Shown: positions 51,452 to 62,546, counted from the stretch's first letter. The stretch: DNA of 64,000 nt from an uncultured delta proteobacterium (GCA_963850305.1 CAWKKR010000007.1:416001-480000), one strand, 5' to 3'. Numbers and translations: made by a program. Notes: a model not told the origin generated them from the letters alone.

Positions 51452-52165
51452 GTGTCCCTCGAAAACGGCGTCGTCCGCGGACCTCGGCCGTCTTGGATGA
51501 CTCAATCGGTCATCCTCTTGAAGAAGGACGTGCTGATCGAGCTCCGGACCGGCGAGATCCTCGTGACGAGCGGCTTCTTCGCCGTTCTCGTCGTCGTGCT
51601 CGGCTCGCTGTCTTTCTATATCGGACCGGATACGCGGGCCCAGGTCGCGGCCGGGGTCATCTGGCTAGCCGTAGCATTTTCGGCGGTGCTCGGGCTCGGA
51701 CGCCTGTGGCAACGCGAGCGTGACGAGGGGGCGCTCGAGGGGATCCTGTCGGCACCGGTGCACCGCGGCGCGATCTTCGCCGGCAAGACTGCGAGCCTCG
51801 TTCTGTTTCTCTTGCTCATCGAAGCCGTCGTGATCCCGCTGTCGGCGCTTTTCTTCGCGCTCGACCTCGCGGAGGTCGGGCCCGGGCTCGTCGCGATCGC
51901 CGTGTTCACGACGCCCGGAATCGCTGCGGCGGGGACCCTGTTCGGCGCGATGACCGCGCGTACCCAGGCGCGCGATCTGGTGCTTGCCGTCGTCCTGTTT
52001 CCACTCCTCTCGCCGACACTCATCACGGCCGTCGTTGCAACGCGCGAGCTGCTGGGTGGCGCGGCATTCGGAGAGCTCGGGGACTATTTCCGGATCCTGG
52101 GCGTCTTCGACGTCGCGTTCGTGGCGGGCGGGCTCGGGCTCTTCGGGACACTGGTCGACGGCTGA
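51452..52165 (+). CDS. ccmB: Heme exporter protein B
   Basis: LKKDVLIELR, AAGVIW, RERDEGALEG, IFAGK, GTLFGAM, LLxVVLFPL-like motif. Confidence 0.9.
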   Translation: MSLENGVVRGPRPSWMTQSVILLKKDVLIELRTGEILVTSGFFAVLVVVLGSLSFYIGPDTRAQVAAGVIWLAVAFSAVLGLGRLWQRERDEGALEGILSAPVHRGAIFAGKTASLVLFLLLIEAVVIPLSALFFALDLAEVGPGLVAIAVFTTPGIAAAGTLFGAMTARTQARDLVLAVVLFPLLSPTLITAVVATRELLGGAAFGELGDYFRILGVFDVAFVAGGLGLFGTLVDG

Positions 52166-52246
52166 GGTGACTATCGTGCGGACTTTCCCGCGGATGCCCC
52201 GCGGGTTCGACCGAGGGCCGCCTCCGGTGTAGGGTTGATTTTGGTC

Positions 52247-52855
52247 ATGCGTCTTGCCTTGCTCGGCCCGTCCGAGGGTCAAACGGAGGCGCTCGAAACC
52301 GTTGCGCGTTTCGTGCTGCAGGGGCACGCCGTCGATCGCGCGGTCTATCTTGGGCTCGATGGCGAGCTGGACGCCCTGGTGCGCCGCCTGGCCTCGGACC
52401 TCGTCGGGGACAACCCGAGCGAAGACGGAGTGTGGTCCCGCTCGGTACGAGCGTGCCTGCGAGCGACGCCGGTCGAGATCGATCGTTACCTCGGCGCCGA
52501 GCGAGAGCGCGCCGCGCTGCGGATCTTCGAGTCGCTCCCCGACGTCGAGACGCGCGCCGTGGAGATGCTCGCCGGCGCCCTGGTCGTTATGACCCATGAC
52601 AAGGGCGTGCTGACAGAGGAAGACATGCTGCCAGCCCGGGTCTTGATCTTCGGCAAGGCGAAGGCGGCCGTGGTCAAGCAGGTGGGGCCACGCTGGTTTC
52701 TGTCGCCCGGCAATCTGGTGGAGGGCGGGCTCATGACGCTGGACGACGACGACGACGGGATCGTGCTGAAGCTCTACGACTCCAGGTGTACCGAGCTGCG
52801 CACGGAACGGCTTTCGACCCAGCGCGCGACCAAGATGAAGGTCGGCGCGGGCTGA
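52247..52855 (+). CDS. Hypothetical protein, possibly a degenerate metallophosphoesterase fold
   Basis: MRLALLG, DRAVYLG, VMTHD, FLSPG echo the fold but lack most metal ligands; stop overlaps nadD start. Confidence 0.6.
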   Translation: MRLALLGPSEGQTEALETVARFVLQGHAVDRAVYLGLDGELDALVRRLASDLVGDNPSEDGVWSRSVRACLRATPVEIDRYLGAERERAALRIFESLPDVETRAVEMLAGALVVMTHDKGVLTEEDMLPARVLIFGKAKAAVVKQVGPRWFLSPGNLVEGGLMTLDDDDDGIVLKLYDSRCTELRTERLSTQRATKMKVGAG

Positions 52856-53418
52856 TGAATGTCGCTCTCTTCGGCGGGAGCTTCGATCCGCCTCACATCG
52901 GACACGTTCTCGCCGCCGCCTACGCGCGGGCGACGGGAGAGTTCGAGCGTCTGCTGGTCGTTCCGGTCTACGCCCATGCGTTCGAGAAGCCCCTCTCGCC
53001 GTTTCCAGACCGGCTCGCCATGACGCGGCTCGCGATGTCCGGACTCGCGGAGACCGAGGTCTCTCCCGTCGAGGCATCCCTCGGCGCGCCGAGCCGCACG
53101 CTCCGGACCGTGCAGCACCTGCTGAGCGAACACCCCGAATATCGTCTGCGCCTGGTGGTCGGCTCGGACGTCCTCGGCGAGACCGGTAGCTGGCTGTCGT
53201 TCGAGCGGGTCATCGAGCTTTCTCCACTCTTCGTCCTCGATTGTCGTGGCTTCGAGCGGGCGGGCACGCCTGCGCCGGTCCTTCCCGCGGTCTCGTCCAC
53301 GGACGTACGCGCCAGGCTGCGCGCGTGCCAGGGCCCGCGCGCCGCCGACACCGAGCTACGCCAGCTCGTACCGCGCGCGGTGCTGCAATACATCGACGAA
53401 CGAGCACTGTACCGGTGA
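52855..53418 (+). CDS. nadD: Nicotinate-nucleotide adenylyltransferase
   Basis: FGGSFDPPHIGH, SRT, VGSD, VSSTDVR, VLQYI...LY. Confidence 0.93.
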   Translation: MNVALFGGSFDPPHIGHVLAAAYARATGEFERLLVVPVYAHAFEKPLSPFPDRLAMTRLAMSGLAETEVSPVEASLGAPSRTLRTVQHLLSEHPEYRLRLVVGSDVLGETGSWLSFERVIELSPLFVLDCRGFERAGTPAPVLPAVSSTDVRARLRACQGPRAADTELRQLVPRAVLQYIDERALYR

Positions 53419-53451
53419 GCCCGCGTCGATTGTGGTAAATGGCGCCGCGCG

Positions 53452-54291
53452 ATGGGCATCCTGGACGGCAAAGCGATCGCCGTGACCGGCGCCGGCCGCG
53501 GCATCGGGCGGGCCGTCGCGCGGCTGCTTGCAAAAGAGGGCGCGTGCGTCCTGGTGAACGACGTGGGTTGCGATGTCCACGGCGCCGGCACGGACGCGTC
53601 GGTCGCGGACGCGGTCGTCGCGGAAATCGGGGCCGCGGGAGGCGCTGCCGCGAGCCATCACGAGTCGTGCGCCACTGCCGCAGGCGCGGAGAGCGTCGTT
53701 GCCGCGTGCGCGAGCGCGTTCGGTCGCGTGGATGCGCTGGTCTACGCGGCAGGCATCCTCGGGGACCAGGTGCTCGCCCGCGCGGACGAAGCGACGGTCC
53801 GTCGCGTCCTCGACGTGCACGTGATGGGCGCGTTCTTTGCCACTCGTGCCGCTGCGGCGTTCATGCAGCGCTCGGGTGGCGGTCGCATCGTGCTATCGAC
53901 GGGCGTCGCGGGCCTGTTCGGCAGTTTCGGGCAGAGCGCTTACTCGACGGCGGCGGCGGCGACCTACGGCCTAATGCGTGCGGCGTCGATCGAGCTCCAG
54001 CGGCACGGTGTGTTCGTGAACGCCGTGGCTCCGATCGCGAAGACCCGCCTCACCGAGGAACTCCCTCTGTTCGAACACGTGGACACCATGACGCCCGAGC
54101 ACGTCGCGCCGGCTTACCTGTTCTTCGCGAGCGAGCTCGCGACGGACCTCACCGGCAACGTCATGAACGTCGCCGGAGGCCGTATCAGCCTTTACCGGGT
54201 CGTCGAGACGGGCGGCCGGTTCAACGAAGCCGATGGCGGCATCTGGACGGCTCGAGAAATCCGGGATCACTGGAGCGCCGTCGGCAAATAG
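53452..54291 (+). CDS. SDR-family oxidoreductase (3-hydroxyacyl-CoA dehydrogenase-like)
   Basis: TGAGRGIG, VNDVG, GLFGSFGQSAY; the catalytic YxxxK appears as YSTAA (Lys missing). Confidence 0.9.
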   Translation: MGILDGKAIAVTGAGRGIGRAVARLLAKEGACVLVNDVGCDVHGAGTDASVADAVVAEIGAAGGAAASHHESCATAAGAESVVAACASAFGRVDALVYAAGILGDQVLARADEATVRRVLDVHVMGAFFATRAAAAFMQRSGGGRIVLSTGVAGLFGSFGQSAYSTAAAATYGLMRAASIELQRHGVFVNAVAPIAKTRLTEELPLFEHVDTMTPEHVAPAYLFFASELATDLTGNVMNVAGGRISLYRVVETGGRFNEADGGIWTAREIRDHWSAVGK

Positions 54292-54444
54292 TAACTGCTG
54301 GCGATATCGGCAGGCAGGTCTCCATCCTGGGGCAACCCCGCCGCTGGCGCGAGCGATGCTTCGGGCGGTAGATTTGCTGGCCGCTAAGCCTGATGTTAGC
54401 GTTTCGCGGCTGGAGGTAGCGATGGTCGTGCCCCAGTCGCGCGC

Positions 54445-56235
54445 ATGTCTCGCGAGCCGCATATCCCGCTCTTCCTCTGGATCGCGACGGCGCTTCTGGT
54501 GCACCTGACCGGCGGCGAAGGGGCGCAGCGCGCCGCGGACCTGATCGGCGAGCGGCTCGAAGTGCAGCGATTCGCGGACGCGGTGCGCCGGCACGTCCGT
54601 TCTTCCGCGCGAACCGTGGAAGTGGCGCTGGTCGATGAAAAGGACGAACCGCTGCCACCCGATGACGTGAAGCCCGACAACACCGCGCCCGACACGAAGA
54701 CGGAATCGAAGGAGCCCTCGCCGGACACCGTGGTCCCCCGGCGGGACAAGACTAAACCCAAGCCTGTCGACCTCAAGGAAAAGGAGAAAGCAAAGGAGCT
54801 CGCGAAGCCGAAGGAGGTCGAGAAGCCCAAGGTCGCCGAGGAAAAGAAGAAAGACGCGCCGAAGCAAGACCTGCCGGTGGTTCGCGTCCAGAACCGGATC
54901 GCCGTCGCGCAGAACGTCCAGGACAAGAACCAGAAGGACAATCCCAACGCGCAGTTCATCGGCAACGAGGCGAACCACGTTCAGCAGCAGACGCGAGCGC
55001 GCATCACTGCCACCGATCAGAACGACCCCAATCCGACGCCAGGCTCCGCCGAGCCCGGCCCGACCCCCGATCCGGGCAACGCGCACGTGAACGACGTCGC
55101 GAACTCCGAGGACTCTCCGGGACGCGCCGATCACGCGCCGAACGCACACGCGGCCGGGGCCCGGACTGCCTCGGCGAAAGAGCCCGCCGCGAGCGGCGCC
55201 GCCGCGAAGGTGCGGGAGGTCACGCCGGGCTCGCACAAGGGTCAATCGACGGGGGACGCCAGGGGTTCGCAGACCGCGGACGCGCAGAAGCTCCAGCCCG
55301 AGCGCGAGGCGATGGCCGGCGCCACCGCGACGCACGAGGCGCCCGACATCCAGACGTCCCGAGACGGTGCGGAGGCCACCGGCCGAGCCGCGGACGAGAG
55401 AGTGGCACAGGAAGCTCACCCCGCGCGACCCAAGCGTCTACCGCCGATGCGCGGCGAGTCGGATCCGCTCGACTTCCTCGGACTCGGCGCGAGCGGCACG
55501 ACCGCGGGCGGGATCAATCTGAACCTCACGCCAGGCGCGGCTCTCGCCGCAGTGGGACACGACGAGCTCGGTCGTGAGCTCGTCGCCGACGGCGAACGAC
55601 GTCGCAGCAAGCACCGTGGTTCGTGGCACACGGTCGGCATCGAGCGCTGGCGAGCCGCGATCGAAAACTACGACTCGAGCGTCAAGCCTGGCAACCAGAC
55701 CGCCCTCAACACGGCGCGCGTGCCATTCGCGACCTACCTGAACCAGATCCACAACCGCATTCATCCGATCTTCGCGGACGGCTTCCTCGCGTCGCTCGAC
55801 TCGCTGCCGGCGGACAACCCGATGAACCGCCCGGACATGAAGACGAACCTCGAGATCGTCCTCGACAAGGACGAGGGAAAGATCGTCAGGATGGGCGTCA
55901 CTCGCTCCAGCGGCTCGACCATGTTCGACGTGGCGGCGCTCGAATCCGTACAGAACGCCTCGCCGTTCGGTAAACCGCCGTCGGTCATTGTGTCGCCGGA
56001 CGGGCGGGTCTACTTGCACTGGGAGTTCTACCGGAATCCTTATTACGCTTGCTCGACCTACTTCGCTCATCCGTACATGCTGAAGGCCTCCCCCGAGAGC
56101 GCGCCGTCGCACCTTCCCGCGCCCGTGCCGCCGGCATTCGGACCGCACGAACAGCCCCTCCCAGCGCCTGGCCGGGGGGATCTCGGCACGCTCGATCCCT
56201 CGTATCTCGGTGGACCGCGCGCACGGCCCGAATAG
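54445..56235 (+). CDS. TonB/TolA-like single-pass protein with C-terminal TonB domain
   Basis: N-terminal TM ending SxxxH-like ATALLVH; Lys/Glu/Pro-rich linker; YLNQIHNRI..RSSGSTMFDVAALESV..ASPF. Confidence 0.85.
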   Translation: MSREPHIPLFLWIATALLVHLTGGEGAQRAADLIGERLEVQRFADAVRRHVRSSARTVEVALVDEKDEPLPPDDVKPDNTAPDTKTESKEPSPDTVVPRRDKTKPKPVDLKEKEKAKELAKPKEVEKPKVAEEKKKDAPKQDLPVVRVQNRIAVAQNVQDKNQKDNPNAQFIGNEANHVQQQTRARITATDQNDPNPTPGSAEPGPTPDPGNAHVNDVANSEDSPGRADHAPNAHAAGARTASAKEPAASGAAAKVREVTPGSHKGQSTGDARGSQTADAQKLQPEREAMAGATATHEAPDIQTSRDGAEATGRAADERVAQEAHPARPKRLPPMRGESDPLDFLGLGASGTTAGGINLNLTPGAALAAVGHDELGRELVADGERRRSKHRGSWHTVGIERWRAAIENYDSSVKPGNQTALNTARVPFATYLNQIHNRIHPIFADGFLASLDSLPADNPMNRPDMKTNLEIVLDKDEGKIVRMGVTRSSGSTMFDVAALESVQNASPFGKPPSVIVSPDGRVYLHWEFYRNPYYACSTYFAHPYMLKASPESAPSHLPAPVPPAFGPHEQPLPAPGRGDLGTLDPSYLGGPRARPE

Positions 56236-56251
56236 CCGGGAGCGAGCGCGC

Positions 56252-57319
56252 ATGAGCTCGCTCGAGCTCAGTGGCGGCGCCGTGACGGTCTCCGATCCGG
56301 ACAAGTGGGGTGCCTCTTCCCCTGCACTCCTTCGGGTCGTCGCTGTCGTCTCCTGGGCTGCGCTCTTCGTGCGTCTCGTCGCGGCCGCGTTGCCTGGTTC
56401 GCGTTCGGGGATCGCGACGTGGATCGTCCGCTCGGATCTGGCGTCGAGCCTCCTGACCCAGAGCGCCGCGTTGCTCGGCTCGGCGTTGCTCGTGCTCCTC
56501 GCCATCGGAACGCTCGCGGAACGCGGGCTCCCTTACATGTATCGCATCGCTCTCATTCCGACCTCGGTCGTCGTCGTGATGCTCGTGATGCTCGCGGCCA
56601 CGACGGGGCTCGAGCCCGCCGGGAGCCTCGCGCTCGGCTCCGCGTGCCTCTTGCTTTCGGCTTCAGGGGCAGGGGCCGCCCTGCGCGTCCCATCGACACG
56701 CGCAACAGGGATGGTACTCACGCTCGTCATTCTCGGAGCGACGGGCCAGCTCGCGGTCCGGTTCCTCTCGATGGACGCGTCGCATCGGGACCCCGCATGG
56801 ATCACCCGCGCTTCGTGGCTCGCGACGACGGGACACGCCTTCGACGCGTTCGGCATCGCGCTCGCGGCGGCCCGACTCAGGGCCGAGCAGCGCGGGCGCG
56901 CGGCGCTGGCCCTCGTGGTCGTGATTGCGCTCGCGATCCTGCTCTCGTGGGGTGCGATGCGCGGTTCGCTCGACGGCGCGCCCCTCTGGCAAGTACTCGC
57001 GGACCGCGCGATGAGCGAGCTCACGACGTCGCCGATCGCGTTCAGCACGCTTGCGAGCCGCACGTCGGTCGATGTTCTCGCGGTCCTTCTCGCGGGCGTG
57101 ATCGTGGCCTGGCCGGGGCGTATTTCGGTCGGCGCGATGTGTGCCGCGCTCGCCTTGACGGCGCGCGCGGGAGTCGACGTCCCCGAAGCGGCGCTCGTCC
57201 TGTCGCTCGGTGCTCTGGCCGCACCCCTCGGCGGCATGCCGATCTCGGAGAGCACTGCAAGCAGGCGCGCGACGCACGCAGCGGAGCCCGAACGGAGCGG
57301 CTCGGCTGGAAGAGCATGA
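56252..57319 (+). CDS. Hypothetical polytopic membrane protein
   Basis: About ten hydrophobic segments; ATGA overlap with the next gene. Confidence 0.7.
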   Translation: MSSLELSGGAVTVSDPDKWGASSPALLRVVAVVSWAALFVRLVAAALPGSRSGIATWIVRSDLASSLLTQSAALLGSALLVLLAIGTLAERGLPYMYRIALIPTSVVVVMLVMLAATTGLEPAGSLALGSACLLLSASGAGAALRVPSTRATGMVLTLVILGATGQLAVRFLSMDASHRDPAWITRASWLATTGHAFDAFGIALAAARLRAEQRGRAALALVVVIALAILLSWGAMRGSLDGAPLWQVLADRAMSELTTSPIAFSTLASRTSVDVLAVLLAGVIVAWPGRISVGAMCAALALTARAGVDVPEAALVLSLGALAAPLGGMPISESTASRRATHAAEPERSGSAGRA

Positions 57320-57675
57320 AGGCCAGGGCCATCTTGCGTCGCGCGCTCTTCCCCGCCGTGCTTCTTGCGCTCCTGCTCACGAGTGGTTGCCATCATCCGC
57401 AACCCGCTCCTGCCGAGCGCGGTCGTGACGTCTTCCTGGCCAACTGCGCCCGGTGTCACGGCCCCGACGCTCGAGGCACGCACCCTCCCGGCTTCACCGT
57501 CGCACCCCGCGACCTCACCGATCCGGCGCTCCAGGCGCGTCTCGACGACAAGGCGATTCGCGAAACCATCCGCTACGGCAAAGGCCAGATGCCCCCCTTC
57601 GGTGCCGCCCTATCCGACAACGAAGTGACCGACCTCACCGCCTACATCCGCACCCTCAGACGATCCGCGCCATAA
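57316..57675 (+). CDS. Monoheme class I cytochrome c lipoprotein
   Basis: Lipobox TSGC; CARCH heme motif; GQMPPFG distal Met. Confidence 0.92.
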   Translation: MKARAILRRALFPAVLLALLLTSGCHHPQPAPAERGRDVFLANCARCHGPDARGTHPPGFTVAPRDLTDPALQARLDDKAIRETIRYGKGQMPPFGAALSDNEVTDLTAYIRTLRRSAP

Positions 57676-57703
57676 GCGGAGGCGAGGCGCGACGCCAAGG
57701 GCA

Positions 57704-57959
57704 GACGCGGAGGGTCCGATTGCGAAGACCGCGCGGGTAGCCGTGCGGGTGAGGCGCGGAAGCGTGCGAACGCCCGCTGAGGCCCGAGAGCGCCGAGATG
57801 TCCGCGGGGTGGACGGCAGGCGAAAATGGAGACGCGGAGGGTCGATTGCGAAGACCGCGTGGGTAGCTGTGCGGGTGAGGCGCGGAAGCGTGCGAACGCA
57901 CGGCGAGCACCGAGAGCGCGCAGATGCCCGCGCGCTCGAAGCAAGCGACCCTCGGCGTC
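57704..57959 (+). repeat. Structured intergenic repeat, tandem copies B (57704-57830) and C (57831-57959)
   Basis: Both start GACGCGGAGGGTC and share the 24-nt core GCGGGTGAGGCGCGGAAGCGTGCG with copy A; copy C ends pair (GACGCGGAGGGTCGATTGC / GCAAGCGACCCTCGGCGTC). Confidence 0.88.
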
Positions 57960-60900
57960 AGTTGCAGGCGCCGGCGGTGCACGTCTTCGGACTCGCGCAC
58001 GCCAGATCGCTGCTGTTGTTGTAGCTGTGATTCCAGCTCTCCGCGGTCACGAGCTGCGCCTTCAGCTGATCCGACTGACACACGAGCAGATCGGTGTTGC
58101 TCGCGATGGTCAGGTTGCCGGCGACGTTCGTCAGAGTTCCCGTCGGCTTGATCAGACCCGTGATCGATGTGAGCACCCCGTTCCCATAGATCTGAAGGTA
58201 ATCGTTCGTCGTCGTGCCCACGCTCGAGAGCTTCGTGAGCCCGCCGAGGCTCGTCAGCGCGCCGTCGTACTGAATGTTGAAGTAACCCCCGACCGTCGTC
58301 AGCGCCGAGAGGCCGCCCACGTTGGTGAGCGAATTGTTGTTGTAGATCTGGAAATAGCCGCCGACCGTCTTGAGCGCCGTCAGTGCGTTCACATTCGTGA
58401 TGGCGTCCGACTGGAGGTTGAAATAGCCGCCGACCGTCGTGAGTGCCCCGAGGCCGTTGAGGCTCGTGAGCGAGCTGTCGTTGGTGATGCTGAGCTCCGC
58501 GTCGACGCTCTGCAGGTTCGCCAGCCCGTTCAAATTGGGGATGGCCGTGCTGTCGATGTGGAGCGACCCGGCGACCTCCGTGACGTTCTTCATCCAGGCG
58601 ATGTCCGCGGCCGTCGCGATCGAGACGTTACCGGTGAACACGCCGCTCTGGCCGGCGGTGCCGCCGGCACCCGCCGTGCAGGCCGCAGCCGTACACGTCG
58701 TGCAGCCGGAGTTCGCACCGCTCTCGTTGTTGTCCGACTGGACGGCGAGCTTGGTGGCGAGGGCGTTGACCTCGCACGCGGAGAGCAACGGGTTGCCCGC
58801 AATGTCCAGGATGTTGCCGAGCGCGCCGCTCTTCAATGTTCCGGACCTCAACCCGGTGATGTCGGCCAGGACGGCGTTCGACGTCACCATCAGGTTCAGC
58901 CCGATCGCCGTGAGCTTGTCGATGCCGTCGAACTGGGCGAGCGCGGGGTTGTCGTAGATATTGAGCGAGCCGCCGATCTGTCCGAGGGTCCCGAAGCCCG
59001 CGATGCTCTGGAGACCGCTGTCCGCGTAGATGTTCAGGTTGCCGATGATGTCGGTGAGGCCTCCGAAGCCCGCGATCGTATGCACGCCGTCGCTGTAGAT
59101 GTCGACGTCGGCATTGGCTGTCGCATAGGCCGTGAACCCGCCGATGCTCGTCAGCGCGGGATCGTTGTAGATGAGCAACGCGCCGCCGGTCGTGGTGAGC
59201 GCCGCGAACCCGTCGCTCGCGTCGAGCGCCGAGAGCTTGGCGTCGTCGTGGAGCTCCAGGGTGCCGCCGATGGTAGCGAGCTGCCCGAAGCCGCCAATCG
59301 TCGCGAGCACCCCGTTGCTGTAGATCTTCACGCTTCCGGACACGTTCGTGAGCGCTCCGAAGCCGCTGATCGACGTGAGCGCTCCGTCGTTGTCGATATG
59401 AATGTCGCCCTCGACGTCGCTGAGGGTGCTGAAGCCGCTGATGGTCGTGAGCGCGCTGTTGCCTTCGATGTAGATGTACTGCGCGACCGACGTGAGCGCG
59501 TTCAGCGCAGAAGAGAAGCTCGCGAGGGACGAGTTCTGGGAGATGTTGACGTACTGGCCCACCGTCTGCAGCGCGGACAGCCCGCCGATGTTCTGAACGC
59601 CGTTCGAGTAAATCTGCAGGTAGCCGCCGATGGAGTTGAGCGCCGTCATCCCGAGGCTGGTCAGCGCGCCGTTATACTGGACGTTCAGGTATCCACCGAC
59701 GGACGTAAGGTTCGTCAGCGCATTGACGTTCGTGAGGGCGCCATTGTTGTAGAGCTGGAAGTAGCCGCCGACGGTCTGCAGGGCGCCGAGACCGGTGAGG
59801 CTCGTGAGAGCGCTGTCGCTCTGGATGTTCAGGTTGCCGTCGATCGTCGTCAGTGCTCCGAGGCCGTTCAACGTCGTGATCGAGCCGTCGTTCGAGATGT
59901 CGACGTTGCCGGTCACGTGCGTCAGCGCTCCGAGGCCGGTGAGGACCGAGAGCGAAGTGCTGTCGATCGTCAGGTTGCCGTCGATTTCCGTCACGGTGGC
60001 CAGGGTTGCGAGATCGCTCGTCGTCGAGACGGTGACGTTCCCGGTATAGACGCCGTTCTGACCGGCGGTGCCACCCGGAGTGCCCGAGCACGTCGCTCCG
60101 GTGCACGCGGTGCACCCCTGGTTGCAGCAACTCTGGTCCGTCCCCGCCCATGAGCCCGTTGCCTCCAGCTCGTCCAGGAGCGCACTGACTTCGCAGCTCG
60201 GCAACGCGGGGTTGTTGGAGATCGCGAAGTTGTTGCCGACCGTCTGCATCTGGGCGGACAGAAGCCCGTTGATGCTCGAGAGCGCCTGGTTGTCCTGGAT
60301 GTCGAGATCGGTGCCGACATTCTTCAACTTCGAGATGCTGTCGAAGTTAGTCAGCTTCGGATTCCGGATGATCGCGAGATACGCGCCGATGTCCGTGAGA
60401 TTACCGAACGCGGTGCCGTTGAACGACGTCAACAGGGGGTTGTTCTGGATCTCGAGGTGGCCGATGATCTTTTGCAGGTTCCCGAAGCCGGAGAGCGTCG
60501 CGAGCGCCGCATTGTCGTGGATCTCGATGTGGCGGTTCGCAGTGGTAAATCCGCCGAATCCGGTGATGCTCGAGAGCGCGCCGTTGTTGTAAAGAGTGAC
60601 GTCGCTGCCGACGAACTGCACGGCCCCGAATCCCGCCAGGGTCGTCATCGCCGCGTTGTCGTGGATGGTCACCGAACCAGTCACGTTCGCGAGCGCGCCA
60701 AACCCGGTGACGTTGCCGAGCGCGGCCTCCGTGTCGATGTCGATCCCGCCCACGTCCGTGACGTGCGTGAAACCGGCCAGGGTCGTCTGCTTGGCATCGT
60801 TGTTGAAGGTGATCGTGCCGCCGACCGTCTGCAGCTTGGTGAACCCATCGCACGCGGTCATGACCGAGTTACCCGTGACGGAGACATACCCGCTCACGTT

Positions 60901-62546
60901 CGCCAGATTCGCGAAGCCGATGATGTTGGTGAGGGCGCCGTTCTGGGCGATATTGACGTATCCGCTCACGGTCGTGAGCGCGGGGAAGCCCTTCAGGGTG
61001 AGGATCCCGTTCGAGTACACCTGCAGGTACCCGCCCACCTGTACGAGGGCAGGGAACGCGCTGTCCATACTCAGCAGGTTCCCGTTGTACTGGACGTTCA
61101 GGTAGTCCGTGACCTCGACGAGGTTCGTGAACCCGGTCACGTTGTTCAGGGTGCCGTTGTTGTAGATGTTCAGGTTGCCAGTCGTCTTCAGTGTCGCGAG
61201 TCCCGTCAGATCGTTCAGAACGCCATCGCTCTGGATCTGGAGGCCGCCCATGACCGTCGTGAGCCCCGTCAGGCCCTTCAGCGACGTCATGCTGCCGTTG
61301 TTGTTGATGTTCACGCTGCCCCCGACCCACTGCAGCGATTCCATCCCGGTGAGGTTCACGAGAGCCGTGCTGTTGATGTTGACGTTCCCCTGAACGCAGG
61401 TGGTGTGTGCGGTCTGGAAATTCGCGATGTCGGTCGTCGTGCTGATGTTCAGATCGCCCGGGGTGATCGTGCCCAGACAACCTTCCGGCTGAATCTCGGT
61501 GCCGCACACGCCTGCGATGCACGTCGCGGGGCCGGACGTCGTGTCGCACGCAGTCTCGTTGCCGCAGGTCGTCCCGCACGAGGTCGGAACGTTGAGGGTC
61601 GTCTCGCAGCCGTCATCGGGGTCGGGCGTGCTGCAGTTTCGCGTTCCGGCCGCGCAGGGTACGCAGGTTCCTACGATGCATGTCTGCGCTTCTCCGCCCG
61701 GGCACGGAACCGTTGCTCCCCACGATTTACCGTCGTCCGCGCAGGTCTGGTAGCCGTTGCCGGAGCATTGCGTCGCGCTGGGTTGGCAAATCTGCCCGCC
61801 GGTTCCCGCTCCGCCGGTTCCCGCTCCGCCGGTTCCCGCTCCGCCGGTTCCGCTCCGCCGGTTCCCGCTCCGCCGGTTCCCGCTCCGCCGGTTCCCGCTC
61901 CGCCGGTTCCCGCTCCGCCGGTTCCCGCTCCGCCGGTTCCCGCTCCGCCGCCGCTCTCGGCGCCGCCTGTGCCGGGGGTGCCGCCGCTCTCGACCCCTTC
62001 GCCGCCCGCGCCGGAATCGACGGCCGAGCCGCCCGCGCCGATGCCACCGCCCGCGCCGATGCCGCCGCCCGCGCCGGTACCGCCGCCCGCTCCCGCGTCG
62101 AGGACCGTGACTGCTCCGATTAGCTTGCCGTTCGCGACTTCACTCGGATTGGCGCAGACCGTTTGAACGCAAACCTCGCCGGAGATGCAGTCGCGCTGCG
62201 TCGCGCACTGATTGTGACACCGTTGGTCGATCGCGCAGATGAGAGGGGCGATGCATTGCGAGTTGAGTGTGCACGTCGCTTCCGACTCGAGCTGGCAGAC
62301 GCTCGACTTCGGGCCGCCGTCGACACCGCCGACCGTCACGCAGCGCTGATTCGCGGGACAATCCTTCGCGTTCGCGCACTCGATGTGACAGAGCCCGAAG
62401 CTGCAGATGAGCCCGCCGGAGCAGTCGCTGTTCAGCGTGCACTGCGTCGCCGCCGGGGAGTGCGAGCTGCTCGAGCCGCAGCCCGCCGCGACGACGAACG
62501 CGAGTCCCATACTCCCGAGCGCCAGCCAGCGACGAACCTTGCCCAT
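57958..62546 (-). CDS. Large Cys-rich surface lipoprotein with receptor-L-domain (LRR-like) repeats, ~1530 aa; 1-nt deletion at ~61850
   Basis: Lipobox AAGC, Cys-rich modules and (GGAGT)n in the 61671..62639 frame; restoring one base joins GGQICQPSATQC.. and the 57958..61509 ORF with many LxxLTxVGGxLxIxxNxxLT repeats. Confidence 0.85.
61796..61944. repeat. 15-nt tandem repeat, 10 units
   Basis: (CCGCCGGTTCCCGCT)x10; unit 4 (61841-61854) lacks one C; encodes GGAGT on the - strand. Confidence 0.95.

Noticed and set aside
51452..52165. ccmB separated from ccmA/ccmC as a novelty
   Set aside because: The other ccm genes may simply lie outside the window; nothing here supports a new role.
57704..57959. 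CRISPR mini-array or tRNA/SRP RNA interpretation of the repeat
   Set aside because: The sequences between cores are homologous to each other, and there is no cloverleaf or SRP loop motif that I can recognise.
61796..61944. CRISPR-like array
   Set aside because: Units are contiguous with no spacers, encode a Gly-rich linker, and no cas genes are present.
57826..62166. Long + strand ORFs (775 aa and 569 aa) and many similar shadow ORFs across the window
   Set aside because: Antisense or alternative-frame shadows of real genes caused by high GC; Arg/Pro-rich and without motifs.
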